Positions 18,841 through 27,103 of a stretch of 64,000 nt of DNA are shown here, one piece after another. This DNA is from a virus. Each line of letters opens with the position of its first letter. The stretch's first letter is position 1. Where the stretch lies: positions 40,960 to 104,959 of IMG/VR virus record IMGVR_UViG_3300022745_000021; one strand, written 5' to 3'. The notes below the pieces were generated by a model. That model had not been told where the DNA came from and did no database searches. It saw nothing but the letters and a program-made list of their open reading frames with translations. Made by a program: the position numbers and the translations under genes.

Positions 18841-19221
18841 TCACCAGTCGCGGCCCCGGTCGCGGCATTCGGCCTCACGGCCGGGGATGCGAGCACGTTC
18901 GCGCGGGTCGCAGTAATCGAGCGGGCGCGGGCCGAAGATCGTCCGGTGCAACGGGTGCAGCGGATGTGTGATCGGCATCGCCGGGTGCACCGCGACCGGT
19001 GCCGGACGAGCAGGGGCCGCACGCACGATCACCGGCGCCGGGCGGGTGATGACGACAGGACGGGAGACGACCGGCGCGGAGACGTGCGGCGTCGCGACGT
19101 GTGGCGCAGATATGTGCGGTGCGGAAAAATGCGGCACCGACACGTGCGCGGTGAAGCTGGCGTGAGCGGCAGTGCCGGTCAGTGCCAAGGCGGCGGTCAG
19201 GAGGGCGAGGCATTGGCGCAT
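18841..19221 (-). CDS. secreted His/Pro-rich low-complexity protein
   Basis: Signal peptide, then repeats PHFSA-PHISA-PHVAT-PHVSA; AGGAG SD. Confidence 0.55.
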   Translation of the reverse strand: MRQCLALLTAALALTGTAAHASFTAHVSVPHFSAPHISAPHVATPHVSAPVVSRPVVITRPAPVIVRAAPARPAPVAVHPAMPITHPLHPLHRTIFGPRPLDYCDPRERARIPGREAECRDRGRDW

Positions 19222-19305
19222 TGAATGGGTCTCCTAGCAACACGTGTAGGTGTACGAAAACAGGGGAGCCGTGTCAAGCTCACCTGCCCGTCTGGTGGCG
19301 CTGGA

Positions 19306-19893
19306 TCAGTCCAGCTTGTTGTAATACTGGCCCTTGCCATCCCATGCGTGCGCCCACGCGTGGCTGGACACCTTGGGACGGTTGTCGGCACCGCACCGCA
19401 CCTTGAACGGCGTGCCCTTGACGGCGGTCTCGTCGGCTACCTCGTAACCGTAGAAGCCGGGTTCCGACGACGCGGCGCGCTCGGGGTCGAGCTTGCTGCC
19501 CAGCGGCTGGAGCGTCAGTCCGTTCGGCGTGGTGGCGACCACCTTGTAGAAGGAGTTGAGGCTCATGGAATATCCCCAATTGGACACGAGGATGTCACCG
19601 ACTTTGTAGGTGTGCGGCGCGGCGCGCTCGGCCTTGCGAGCGGCTTTGCGATCGGCGTCCTGCCGGTAGGCTTCAACGGTGCCGGCGATGCGCGCGGCGC
19701 GCTTCTCGGCGGTCAGGTAGACCTCCCAGTAGATCGGCTTGGCCTTCTTGCCATGGAACGCCTTGACGACGGGGCGGCCGGTGGTCTCGTGGTCGTAGGT
19801 GTAGAAGACAAGGCCGAGTTCGGTGGCCTCGACCTGTTCGAGGTTCGGCTTGTCGGTGGGGATGTAGAACTCGCGGTTCAGGGTCATGTGCAT
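19306..19893 (-). CDS. hypothetical early protein (VGDILVS.WGY...FYKVV motif)
   Basis: Start at 19893 after module copy 9. Confidence 0.7.
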   Translation of the reverse strand: MHMTLNREFYIPTDKPNLEQVEATELGLVFYTYDHETTGRPVVKAFHGKKAKPIYWEVYLTAEKRAARIAGTVEAYRQDADRKAARKAERAAPHTYKVGDILVSNWGYSMSLNSFYKVVATTPNGLTLQPLGSKLDPERAASSEPGFYGYEVADETAVKGTPFKVRCGADNRPKVSSHAWAHAWDGKGQYYNKLD

Positions 19894-19996
19894 CGAATGT
19901 CTCCTCGGTGGTCGGTCCGGCCTGCCTGCCGTTCCGATGTCTCTTAGTACCACGCTGGCGGTACGTTGCAAGCGAAAAAGTGCAACCGGGTTGCAA
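19894..19996 (-). promoter_or_regulatory. early expression module copy 9
   Basis: Palindrome 19981-19995; TTGCAA-CGTACCGCCAGCGTGG-TACTAA; TCGGAACGGC AGGCAG GCCGGACCGA; SD. Confidence 0.8.
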
Positions 19997-20000
19997 AATG

Positions 20001-20630
20001 TCAGGCGTGCTGCCTGCCCGGTTCGGCGACGAAGAACTCGGCGATCTGTTCTGGCGAGAACCCCCAGCCCTGCCCGGCTTGGCCCTTGCCCTCGCGGGAC
20101 AGCACGATGGCCCCGCTGGTGACCTGTCCGTGGCGCGCGTTGGTGACGTGGAACTTGTCGCGCGGCTTGAAGGTGACGAGCCGCCCGGTGCCGCCGGGCC
20201 GGAAGGCAACCGGCTTGGTGCACATCAGCACCGTCCATTGTAGGATGGGCTGGCCCGGGTCGATCGGGACCATGCTGTGCTCGAACAGCACGTTGTCGAT
20301 GATCTTGATCGCCTGCGCGACCGATAGCGCGATCTCCCGGCCCTCGGTGCGACACGACACCACGCCCACGGGCCTGCCCAGTCCGCCGTCGAAGCTGGCG
20401 GCGTACAGCTTCTCGAACTTCTCGGCGGCGGCCGGCGAGACGGTGTAGCCCTTTGAGCGGTGGACCCAGCGCCCCCCTACGGCCTCGGCAAGCCATGACG
20501 CGCGGCCCTTCATGCCCTCGCGGCTGTCGAGCGGCTGGATCACCTTCTTGCCCTTGGCGTAGCGCGCGTCGGTGATCCGGTAGGCGAGGTTGGCGGCGCC
20601 GTCGATGGCGATGCGGGTCTCGGCGGTCAT
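20001..20630 (-). CDS. hypothetical protein
   Basis: MTAETRI start, ATGA overlap. Confidence 0.6.
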   Translation of the reverse strand: MTAETRIAIDGAANLAYRITDARYAKGKKVIQPLDSREGMKGRASWLAEAVGGRWVHRSKGYTVSPAAAEKFEKLYAASFDGGLGRPVGVVSCRTEGREIALSVAQAIKIIDNVLFEHSMVPIDPGQPILQWTVLMCTKPVAFRPGGTGRLVTFKPRDKFHVTNARHGQVTSGAIVLSREGKGQAGQGWGFSPEQIAEFFVAEPGRQHA

Positions 20631-20914
20631 GCTACGATCTCCCCGGCCGGGTGGGTGTAGACCGCGCTGCCGGTCTGGAGCACGCGGCGCTCCTGATCGA
20701 GCGCGGTGATCTCGGCGGCGATGCCGGCGGCGCGGTCCTGCGCGTCGAACAGCGCGATCAGGGCGCGGGCCTGCGCGATGCGGCCCCGGGCGTTGTGGTA
20801 GAGGCGTTCGCGGCGCACTTCCTCGCCGACGGCGAGCATCAGGTCGATGTCGAGCAAGCCGATCGCGTGGGTGATGGCGTCGATGCGGGCTTCGGTGACG
20901 GTCTGGAACGACAT
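20627..20914 (-). CDS. hypothetical early protein
   Basis: Follows module copy 10. Confidence 0.65.
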   Translation of the reverse strand: MSFQTVTEARIDAITHAIGLLDIDLMLAVGEEVRRERLYHNARGRIAQARALIALFDAQDRAAGIAAEITALDQERRVLQTGSAVYTHPAGEIVA

Positions 20915-21000
20915 GGTATGGTCTCCTCGTATCGGGCCGGGACTGCCTTCCCTGCCGATGACCTTTCATACCACGCCGGGGGTACGGTGCAAGCGAAAAG
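20915..21000 (-). promoter_or_regulatory. early expression module copy 10 (covariant hairpin)
   Basis: TTGCAC-CGTACCCCCGGCGTGG-TATGAA; GGGA AGGCAG TCCC (20939-20952), same loop with a compensatory closing pair. Confidence 0.75.
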
Positions 21001-21011
21001 TGCGGGCGGCC

Positions 21012-21254
21012 CTAGAGCAGGCCCTCTTTTTTCGCGAGCCAGCCTTGGATCGAGACCGTCCCCGCGCGCTTGCCCCGGTAGTCGGGGTGGTCGCTCACGC
21101 CCTCCTCGTGGAAGTCGGCTTGGCTCTTGGGGAACCACATCGGCGTCACGACGCGGGCGAGCTTGAGCAGGTAGCTCCGGTCGCTTTCCTTGACGACGAT
21201 CGCGGCGGCCTCGTACGGGGGCGTTTCGCGGCGAGCGGTGTAGCCTAGGGCCAT
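21012..21254 (-). CDS. small hypothetical protein
   Basis: MALGYTA start, AGGAG SD. Confidence 0.6.
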   Translation of the reverse strand: MALGYTARRETPPYEAAAIVVKESDRSYLLKLARVVTPMWFPKSQADFHEEGVSDHPDYRGKRAGTVSIQGWLAKKEGLL

Positions 21255-21264
21255 GGGTATACTC

Positions 21265-21480
21265 CTACTTGCGCTTGCCCCGCGCCCGGCGGCGCTGGCG
21301 CTTGGTCTGGGGCACGGTGCTGGTGAAGCGTTCGACGTTGCGGTCCGCGATCGGCGTGTTCCAGCCGGTGTCCGGCCTGCCCCGACGGGGATAGCCGAGC
21401 AGATCATCGAACGGACTGTCCATCGGGACGCCATACGACGTGGCGGTGAGACCAATGGCGTAGGCGAGTGCGGGGAACAT
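21265..21480 (-). CDS. small hypothetical protein with basic tail
   Basis: MFPALAY start. Confidence 0.45.
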   Translation of the reverse strand: MFPALAYAIGLTATSYGVPMDSPFDDLLGYPRRGRPDTGWNTPIADRNVERFTSTVPQTKRQRRRARGKRK

Positions 21481-21488
21481 ACGGCGCG

Positions 21489-21860
21489 TCAGTGCACGTC
21501 CTGACACATGATTGTCCGGGCACGGTGTCGCACATTGCTGAACGCATCGTCTAGTTGTTCGCGGGTCAGCCCCGACGACGACACGAAAACAACCGGGCGG
21601 GGCGGCGGGGTGATCCGCTTCTCGCATACCCATGCCAGCGCCAGCAGGGCGACGGCGACCGGCAGCAGCAGCGCGGCGAGCAGCCAGTCGTGATGCCCGA
21701 AGGCAAAGCCGGCGACGGCGCCGGTGACGAGCGTCAGCCCGCAAGCGACGCTGGTCAGTGCGGCGTAGCCCCGGTGGTAGTACTCGCCGGTGTGCTTGTC
21801 CTGCGCGTAGCCATTGACATAGGCGCGGGCTATAGGGATCAGGTAGTGTAGCGGCAACAT
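21489..21860 (-). CDS. membrane protein
   Basis: MLPLHYL start, GAGGAG SD, two hydrophobic segments. Confidence 0.6.
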   Translation of the reverse strand: MLPLHYLIPIARAYVNGYAQDKHTGEYYHRGYAALTSVACGLTLVTGAVAGFAFGHHDWLLAALLLPVAVALLALAWVCEKRITPPPRPVVFVSSSGLTREQLDDAFSNVRHRARTIMCQDVH

Positions 21861-21985
21861 GTGGGTGTCTCCTCGTCTCTGCCAAGAACACATGTAGCCT
21901 ACACATTAGCGGGCGTCAAGCGGCTTGGTTCCAGCCCGTGCTACGATTTTCCCGGCTCGCGCTTTACCGTTGCAACTGGTTGCAC

Positions 21986-22249
21986 CTATTCCGGCCTCGG
22001 CCCGGGGTCGCGGCGCTCCCCGCCCTGCCGGATCGTCTGTCCCGCCTCGGTCTGCGTGATGTGCGCCGCCCGGACGATGCGCGACTGGCGGATTGCGAAG
22101 ATCGTGCCGCACACCGCGTCGGCGACGTCCTTCGAGTTGTGGACGAACACGCCTGCGGCCAGCGCGAAGTTTTCAGTCCCCGGCACCGTCAGGTCGAACA
22201 CCGGAACGGGCTGCGAGGTAGTTATCCGCGTCACGCGAGTGCATTTCAT
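21986..22249 (-). CDS. terL: split intein C-fragment (38 aa) fused to TerL C-terminal extein (49 aa)
   Basis: MKCTRVTRITTSQPVPVFDLTVPGTENFALAAGVFVHN|SKDVADAVCG: intein block F (VFDLTV..TENF), block G (VHN), Ser+1; GGAGACC SD; ATGA overlap with the HNH gene stop. Confidence 0.9.
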   Translation of the reverse strand: MKCTRVTRITTSQPVPVFDLTVPGTENFALAAGVFVHNSKDVADAVCGTIFAIRQSRIVRAAHITQTEAGQTIRQGGERRDPGPRPE

Positions 22250-23055
22250 GGTAGGTCTCCCCCCTTGGCAGGAGCGTGTTTGCGTCGGCCGGGGTACGGA
22301 ACAGCCGCCTCCTCCCATACCCGTCGTGCGTGCTCGGCGGCTTCGGCCTCGTCATCGAAGTACCCCTTCGTCACCTTGCGGAAGATCACGCGCCATCGCC
22401 CTTGCGGCGCGAACCACGACACGCCGGTCCACTCGGACGACTTGACCGCTCGCCTCGTACACGTGTTGAAGTTGGGGATGACGAAGTCTTCGGGCAAGGG
22501 GTCGTCGGGGAAGTTAAGCTCCCGGCCCTGACCCGGGTAACGCGCCCGCGCCACGCGGTCGTAGACCTTGGCCGCGATGGTGATGTCTCGGTATTGCCCG
22601 TAGTGGACCGTGCCCACTGTCACGCGCCAGAACCCGGCTTCCTTGGCGGGCTTTACCCCGCGATAGCCGTGCGGCGGCGCGTCTCCCATGTAGCCACGGA
22701 TTGCCACGCGTGTCCTCCCGCAGTTGACGGCGTCCGGCAGGTGGCGAAGGTTTCGCCGCCGGCAGTCAAGTCGGTCGTGGTTTTCATGGTCAATATGCAT
22801 ACCCGGCGGTGCCCTGCCCGCGATCAGGCTGTGCAGCGATCGGTTTTCCGTGCGCTTGCAGCTGACCCGGCTGTGCCCCTGTCGGTGCCGGATGCTGTAC
22901 GCGTAGCCGTTGTTCAGGTGTAGCGCCAGCCCGTCCACCAAGGGCACGTCGGCATAGTCGATCTTGGCCCACACCCACGTGCCCTTGGGTCCGCGCACCG
23001 GAACCTCGACGTAGTCGGGCAAAAACCGAAAGGGCGGCCAGTCGATGTAGGTCAC
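22246..23055 (-). CDS. HNH homing endonuclease with AP2-like DNA-binding domains
   Basis: LHSLIAG..IDHENHDRLDCRRRNLR HNH motif; GYRGV..WRV..AAKVYD and WTGVSW..RWRV..GYFDDEAEAA AP2-like repeats; GAGGAG SD. Confidence 0.85.
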   Translation of the reverse strand: MTYIDWPPFRFLPDYVEVPVRGPKGTWVWAKIDYADVPLVDGLALHLNNGYAYSIRHRQGHSRVSCKRTENRSLHSLIAGRAPPGMHIDHENHDRLDCRRRNLRHLPDAVNCGRTRVAIRGYMGDAPPHGYRGVKPAKEAGFWRVTVGTVHYGQYRDITIAAKVYDRVARARYPGQGRELNFPDDPLPEDFVIPNFNTCTRRAVKSSEWTGVSWFAPQGRWRVIFRKVTKGYFDDEAEAAEHARRVWEEAAVPYPGRRKHAPAKGGDLP

Positions 23056-23096
23056 GGGTTGTTCTCCTCACCGACTATATCGTACCACCCCCCTAG

Positions 23097-25238
23097 TTAG
23101 TCAAGCCCTTGAATATCATCCGTTTCGCCCAAATGCTGCGCTTCCTTGTACGTGCCGTCCGTCAGCAGGAAGCGGTGGTCAGGCGTGCAACGGATTACCG
23201 CGCCGTTTTCCAGTTCGACCTCGACCAGATCGCAGGTGCGCATGGTCTCGCGCGGCTTGCAGCCGGTTGCAATCCGGGCCTCACCGTCAAACGTCACGAT
23301 CTCCACGTCGGCGCCGGTCGCTGCCAGTTCGTCGAACCGCACGTCCCTGCCATCAGCGAGGCGAACTAGCGTATCGCCCGTGAAGCAGCCGTTCGGCGGG
23401 TGATCGACCTTCTGTTTCTCGGTGTTCAGTTCCAGCTGGGTCAGTTCGACCTTGAGTTGTTCGCTGTCGAGCAGCGCCAGCCGGTCCTCGTACATCGACC
23501 GGCGAAATTCCTCGTACGGCTCGGTGGTGCGGTCCATGGACAGCGCCCACGACTTGATCCCGGTCTTGTTGATCGCCTGCCTGCTTTCCGCGCTCTGGAA
23601 GCCGTCGTAGGTGATCGCGTACAGGTTGAAGCCATAGTAGGTGGACAGCAGCATGACCCACCGGCGGACCTCGGCGATGTCCAGTTCGCGCTGCGGACTT
23701 GGCTTGATCGCGCAGGCCATGACGTTGGTGATGACCGGCGCGCGCTCGATCACCCCGTCGCGCAGCACGTTCTGCAAACCCTCCAGACGCGACACGGCGA
23801 CGCCGCAACAGTCGCCGGTGAGCGACAAGTCGATATGCGCGAAGTGGGGGCGCTGCTTGATGCTGGCGGGCAGGCTCTCCAGATATTGCCCCTGCCACTG
23901 CGGCATCCCCCGCGTCGCCAGTTCGGCGTAAGTGTCGGTGCAGTAGGGCCGCGTCTTGCGCTCGGTGCGGCGCTGGATCGCCTCGATGATCTTGTGGCGC
24001 TGGCCGATGAACGGGCTGATCGCGTCGGTGGCGACGCCGACGATGTCGCGCAGCGCGCCCTCGGGATCGACGATGAAGCGTTCGCGGTACTCGATCGGCA
24101 GCGTCTCGATCTTGGCGCGCTCGGGGTAGTCGATCCCCGGCATCATGCCATTCTCGATCACCTTGGTCCGGTACTCGTCCGTGCCCACGACGATCTGGAA
24201 CTTCTCGCCCGAGAAGCGGTCCTGCGGCACCACCTCGTACTGTTTGCGGCGCAGGCACAGGATGCCTTGCAGGTTGTGCTTCTTGACCTCGTCCATGCGC
24301 TGGTCGAGGAAGTCGGACTTGTAGCGGGTGGACGACAGGATGCACAGCACCCCCAAGGTGTAGCCCCGCGTCGTGAACGAACGGCCCTGACGACGGGCGA
24401 TGTTGTCGTAGACCTCGCGGGCCTGATCGAACTTGCCCCCGCCGCCGCGCGAACCCACGGCCTGCTTGGAGTTTTCGATGATCCGCATGAAGTTGACTTC
24501 GTCGAGCATCGACCCGGCGATGGCCTGACCAAGGATCGCCTCGATGTTGGCGAGCGCGGGCACGATGGTGACGCCCGAGTTGAAGATCAGTTCGGTCTCG
24601 CGCTGCTTGTCCCACGTCAGCCACCGCTGCACGAACGGCATCGACGTGAACATTTGCCGGAACGGGCGGTAGATGACGCGCCGGGTGATCGCCTGACTGA
24701 CGCTCTGGAACATGAACACGATCGGCGTGATCGCGGCGAGGTTGTACATCAGCTGCGGGGTGTTGAAGCACTCGAACAGGTAGGCTTGGTGCGCGATGGT
24801 GACGTAGCTCAAGGTCGTCTTGCCGGTGCCGGTCGCGCCGCCGAGCAACGCCTGCCGGACCGGTGCGGCGCCGGTGAAGACGTCGGGGTTCATCATGCGG
24901 ATGTCACGGCGCAGCGCGGGCCAGATTTCCTGAATGTTGCCAAGGAACTCGGGGCTTTCGCAGAACTCGTCGATGGTGACGGGCACGCGTTTCATGAAGG
25001 CGAGGTGGCGCAGCTTGTGCAGGTTGTCGCGTTCGCTGGCTTCCTCCAGCGCGTGGGCGTAGATTTTCGCCATGCGGCTGTGCGGACCGTGCAGGCCCTC
25101 GGCCTCGGACTGCAACCGCTCGGCCTCGTTGAGCAGGACATGGCGGACGCGTTCCCGGCGCTCGTTGCGCACGTCCTCGATCCGCGAGCGCAGGCGCGGG
25201 GCGACTTGGCTGTCGGGGTAGCGGGCAGCGTCGGTCAT
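23097..25238 (-). CDS. terL: terminase large subunit N-terminal part fused to split intein N-fragment (96 aa, 23387-23100)
   Basis: Walker A GGATGTGKT, Walker B MLDEVNF, RNase-H HIDLSLTGD, ITYDGFQS, KVDHPPNG, then CFTGDTLV..IRCTPDHRFL (intein blocks A/B) and stop. Confidence 0.88.
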   Translation of the reverse strand: MTDAARYPDSQVAPRLRSRIEDVRNERRERVRHVLLNEAERLQSEAEGLHGPHSRMAKIYAHALEEASERDNLHKLRHLAFMKRVPVTIDEFCESPEFLGNIQEIWPALRRDIRMMNPDVFTGAAPVRQALLGGATGTGKTTLSYVTIAHQAYLFECFNTPQLMYNLAAITPIVFMFQSVSQAITRRVIYRPFRQMFTSMPFVQRWLTWDKQRETELIFNSGVTIVPALANIEAILGQAIAGSMLDEVNFMRIIENSKQAVGSRGGGGKFDQAREVYDNIARRQGRSFTTRGYTLGVLCILSSTRYKSDFLDQRMDEVKKHNLQGILCLRRKQYEVVPQDRFSGEKFQIVVGTDEYRTKVIENGMMPGIDYPERAKIETLPIEYRERFIVDPEGALRDIVGVATDAISPFIGQRHKIIEAIQRRTERKTRPYCTDTYAELATRGMPQWQGQYLESLPASIKQRPHFAHIDLSLTGDCCGVAVSRLEGLQNVLRDGVIERAPVITNVMACAIKPSPQRELDIAEVRRWVMLLSTYYGFNLYAITYDGFQSAESRQAINKTGIKSWALSMDRTTEPYEEFRRSMYEDRLALLDSEQLKVELTQLELNTEKQKVDHPPNGCFTGDTLVRLADGRDVRFDELAATGADVEIVTFDGEARIATGCKPRETMRTCDLVEVELENGAVIRCTPDHRFLLTDGTYKEAQHLGETDDIQGLD

Positions 25239-26143
25239 GCGCGCGTCCTCACCCGTGCCGGCGGCAAGCCGGGGCCATCGTCGATCCGGGTATCCCAGCC
25301 GCCCGCGCTGTCCTCGGTGTCCGCGAAATCGTCGCCGTCGGGGTCAAGCGTGTCACCCGGCTCCGGTTCGGCCGGGATGCCGCCGGTGTCGCCCAGCGAC
25401 CGTGCCGCCGGGTCCTGCCAGCCGCCCCCTGCCCCGTCACCGCCCGGGCCGCCGCCGGGATCGCCGGGGATGTCGATGGCGTCCTCGTCGCCGATGTCGT
25501 CGATCGGGCCGTGCGCGGCGTCCACCAGCGCGTCGATGACGCCGTTGATCGCCCCGGACAGCGCGCGGACGGCGGTCACGCTCTCGTCCTCGTTGCTGGC
25601 TTGCAGCGACACGCCCCGGAAGCCGCCGACCTTCTCGATGAACTCGAACTCGTTGCGCATGACGGTCATAAGGCTGTCGCGGGCGCGGTGCTTGTCCACC
25701 TCGGACGAGCCGCCGCGCTGGAGCGCGAAGAACGCGCTTTCGCGGAGCGAGCGGAACATTTGCACGTGCTCGGCGATGACCCCCATCCCGTCGAAGCGGG
25801 TGACGGCGGCCTCGCGCATTTCCTTGCGCGCCTCGGTCAGCAGGGCGCGGGTCCACGTCAGGCCGAACTGGAAGGTCTTGGCGATGTCCTCGTCGCGCAC
25901 CCCGGCCATCGCCATGCGCAGCATTTGCTGTTTGGCGTAGACGCGTGCGGACGAACCACCCTCGACCGCCTTGATCTGGCGGTAGCGCACGGCGGGTTCG
26001 GCCGAGAGGCTATCGCCGTAGATGAACGTCCCCTCGGCGGTGGGTGCCGGTTCAGGCTGCGCGGCAGCGACGTTGTCGTCCACGGCGATCACCCGCCGGG
26101 TGCGGGGCCGGGCCGGCGGGAGGGGTCGAGGTGCCTGCGCCAT
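25235..26143 (-). CDS. probable terminase small subunit (HTH-like region, acidic Gly-rich tail)
   Basis: Directly upstream of and coupled to terL; GVRDEDIAKTFQ HTH-like segment. Confidence 0.5.
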   Translation of the reverse strand: MAQAPRPLPPARPRTRRVIAVDDNVAAAQPEPAPTAEGTFIYGDSLSAEPAVRYRQIKAVEGGSSARVYAKQQMLRMAMAGVRDEDIAKTFQFGLTWTRALLTEARKEMREAAVTRFDGMGVIAEHVQMFRSLRESAFFALQRGGSSEVDKHRARDSLMTVMRNEFEFIEKVGGFRGVSLQASNEDESVTAVRALSGAINGVIDALVDAAHGPIDDIGDEDAIDIPGDPGGGPGGDGAGGGWQDPAARSLGDTGGIPAEPEPGDTLDPDGDDFADTEDSAGGWDTRIDDGPGLPPARVRTRA

Positions 26144-26305
26144 GGGTCAATCCCATGCGAACGGGGGAAGATAGATCACGGGCGCGCTCCCTCATACCCC
26201 TTGACGGGGATTGGCTGGACCCTACACATGTAGGGAGGCCGTTAGGGAAGTGCAACGCCGTAACTCGCTGCAACCAGTTGCAACCGGCGGGAACGCGCCG
26301 GAAAA

Positions 26306-26647
26306 TCAGGCGAGGATTTTGCCCGGCGCGGTCTGGCCCGACGTGCGCACGGTCGTGCCCCGGGCGCGCAGTTCGTCGGCGACGCGCTGGATCGTGGAGA
26401 TACCCACGCCGTACTTGTCGCGCAGCTTGGCGTACGACAGCCCGCCCTTGGTCAGGTCAGCGGCGATGGCCGCGCGGGTGTCGTCGGGGACGGTCGGCTG
26501 GCCGTACTTGGCCGCGCGTTCCTTCCAGAAGGCATCGGCGATCTGCGAGGCGAGGGCATGGGCGTCTTCGGGCGAGTGCACGCCGAGCAGGCCGTTATAG
26601 ACCGCGTCCCATACTTCCTGTCGGATGATCGTCTGCTTTGCCACCAT
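26306..26647 (-). CDS. HTH DNA-binding protein
   Basis: LSYAKLRDKYGVGISTIQRV helix-turn-helix; own TTGACA promoter near 26700. Confidence 0.65.
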   Translation of the reverse strand: MVAKQTIIRQEVWDAVYNGLLGVHSPEDAHALASQIADAFWKERAAKYGQPTVPDDTRAAIAADLTKGGLSYAKLRDKYGVGISTIQRVADELRARGTTVRTSGQTAPGKILA

Positions 26648-26804
26648 GCCCTCGTCTGATACCGGGGGCTTGGTATGTGCCGTTGACGTGGTACTGTCAA
26701 GGGGCAAAATGGGGTAAGGCATGGTAGCGCATAGGGTCGGGGGTGAGGTGGGCTGGGTCGCAGGTGCCCCCCTCACCCCCTTCGTGGGTACGCCGGGACG
26801 GGGG

Positions 26805-26957
26805 TCAGGCATACGCACGATCTCGCTTGAACTCGCGGGCCTCGCAGCGGGCCATGTCACGGGCCTTGGCGTTCGCGCGGCGCTCGCGGGTGCGAACCCG
26901 GGCGGCCTGCGCTTCACCGTCGATGACGAGGACGACGTTCTGGAAAGTCTTGCTCAT
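26805..26957 (-). CDS. 50-aa basic peptide
   Basis: MSKTFQN start after module copy 11; downstream hairpin 26740-26780. Confidence 0.6.
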   Translation of the reverse strand: MSKTFQNVVLVIDGEAQAARVRTRERRANAKARDMARCEAREFKRDRAYA

Positions 26958-27037
26958 GGGTGGTCTCCTTGTTTGCCGGGCCTGCCTGCCCTGCCCCATG
27001 ACCATACCGGTTTGGCGGTACGGTGCAAGCGAAAAAA
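26958..27037 (-). promoter_or_regulatory. early expression module copy 11
   Basis: TTGCAC-CGTACCGCCAAACCGG-TATGGT; GGGC AGGCAG GCCC; SD AGGAGACC. Confidence 0.75.
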
Positions 27038-27103
27038 CAGCCCGGGAGAAAATATCTCGCCGGGCTGCCGTCGCTCTATGTCGTGTCTGTCTAGGGGCGG
27101 GGA

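Noticed and set aside
23097-25238. terL as a truncated pseudogene
   Set aside because: The missing C-terminus is encoded at 21986-22135 behind an intact intein C-fragment with its own SD.
8421-27037. Repeated modules as a CRISPR array
   Set aside because: The repeats are separated by 0.5-6 kb of coding DNA rather than 30-40-bp spacers, and there is no cas operon.
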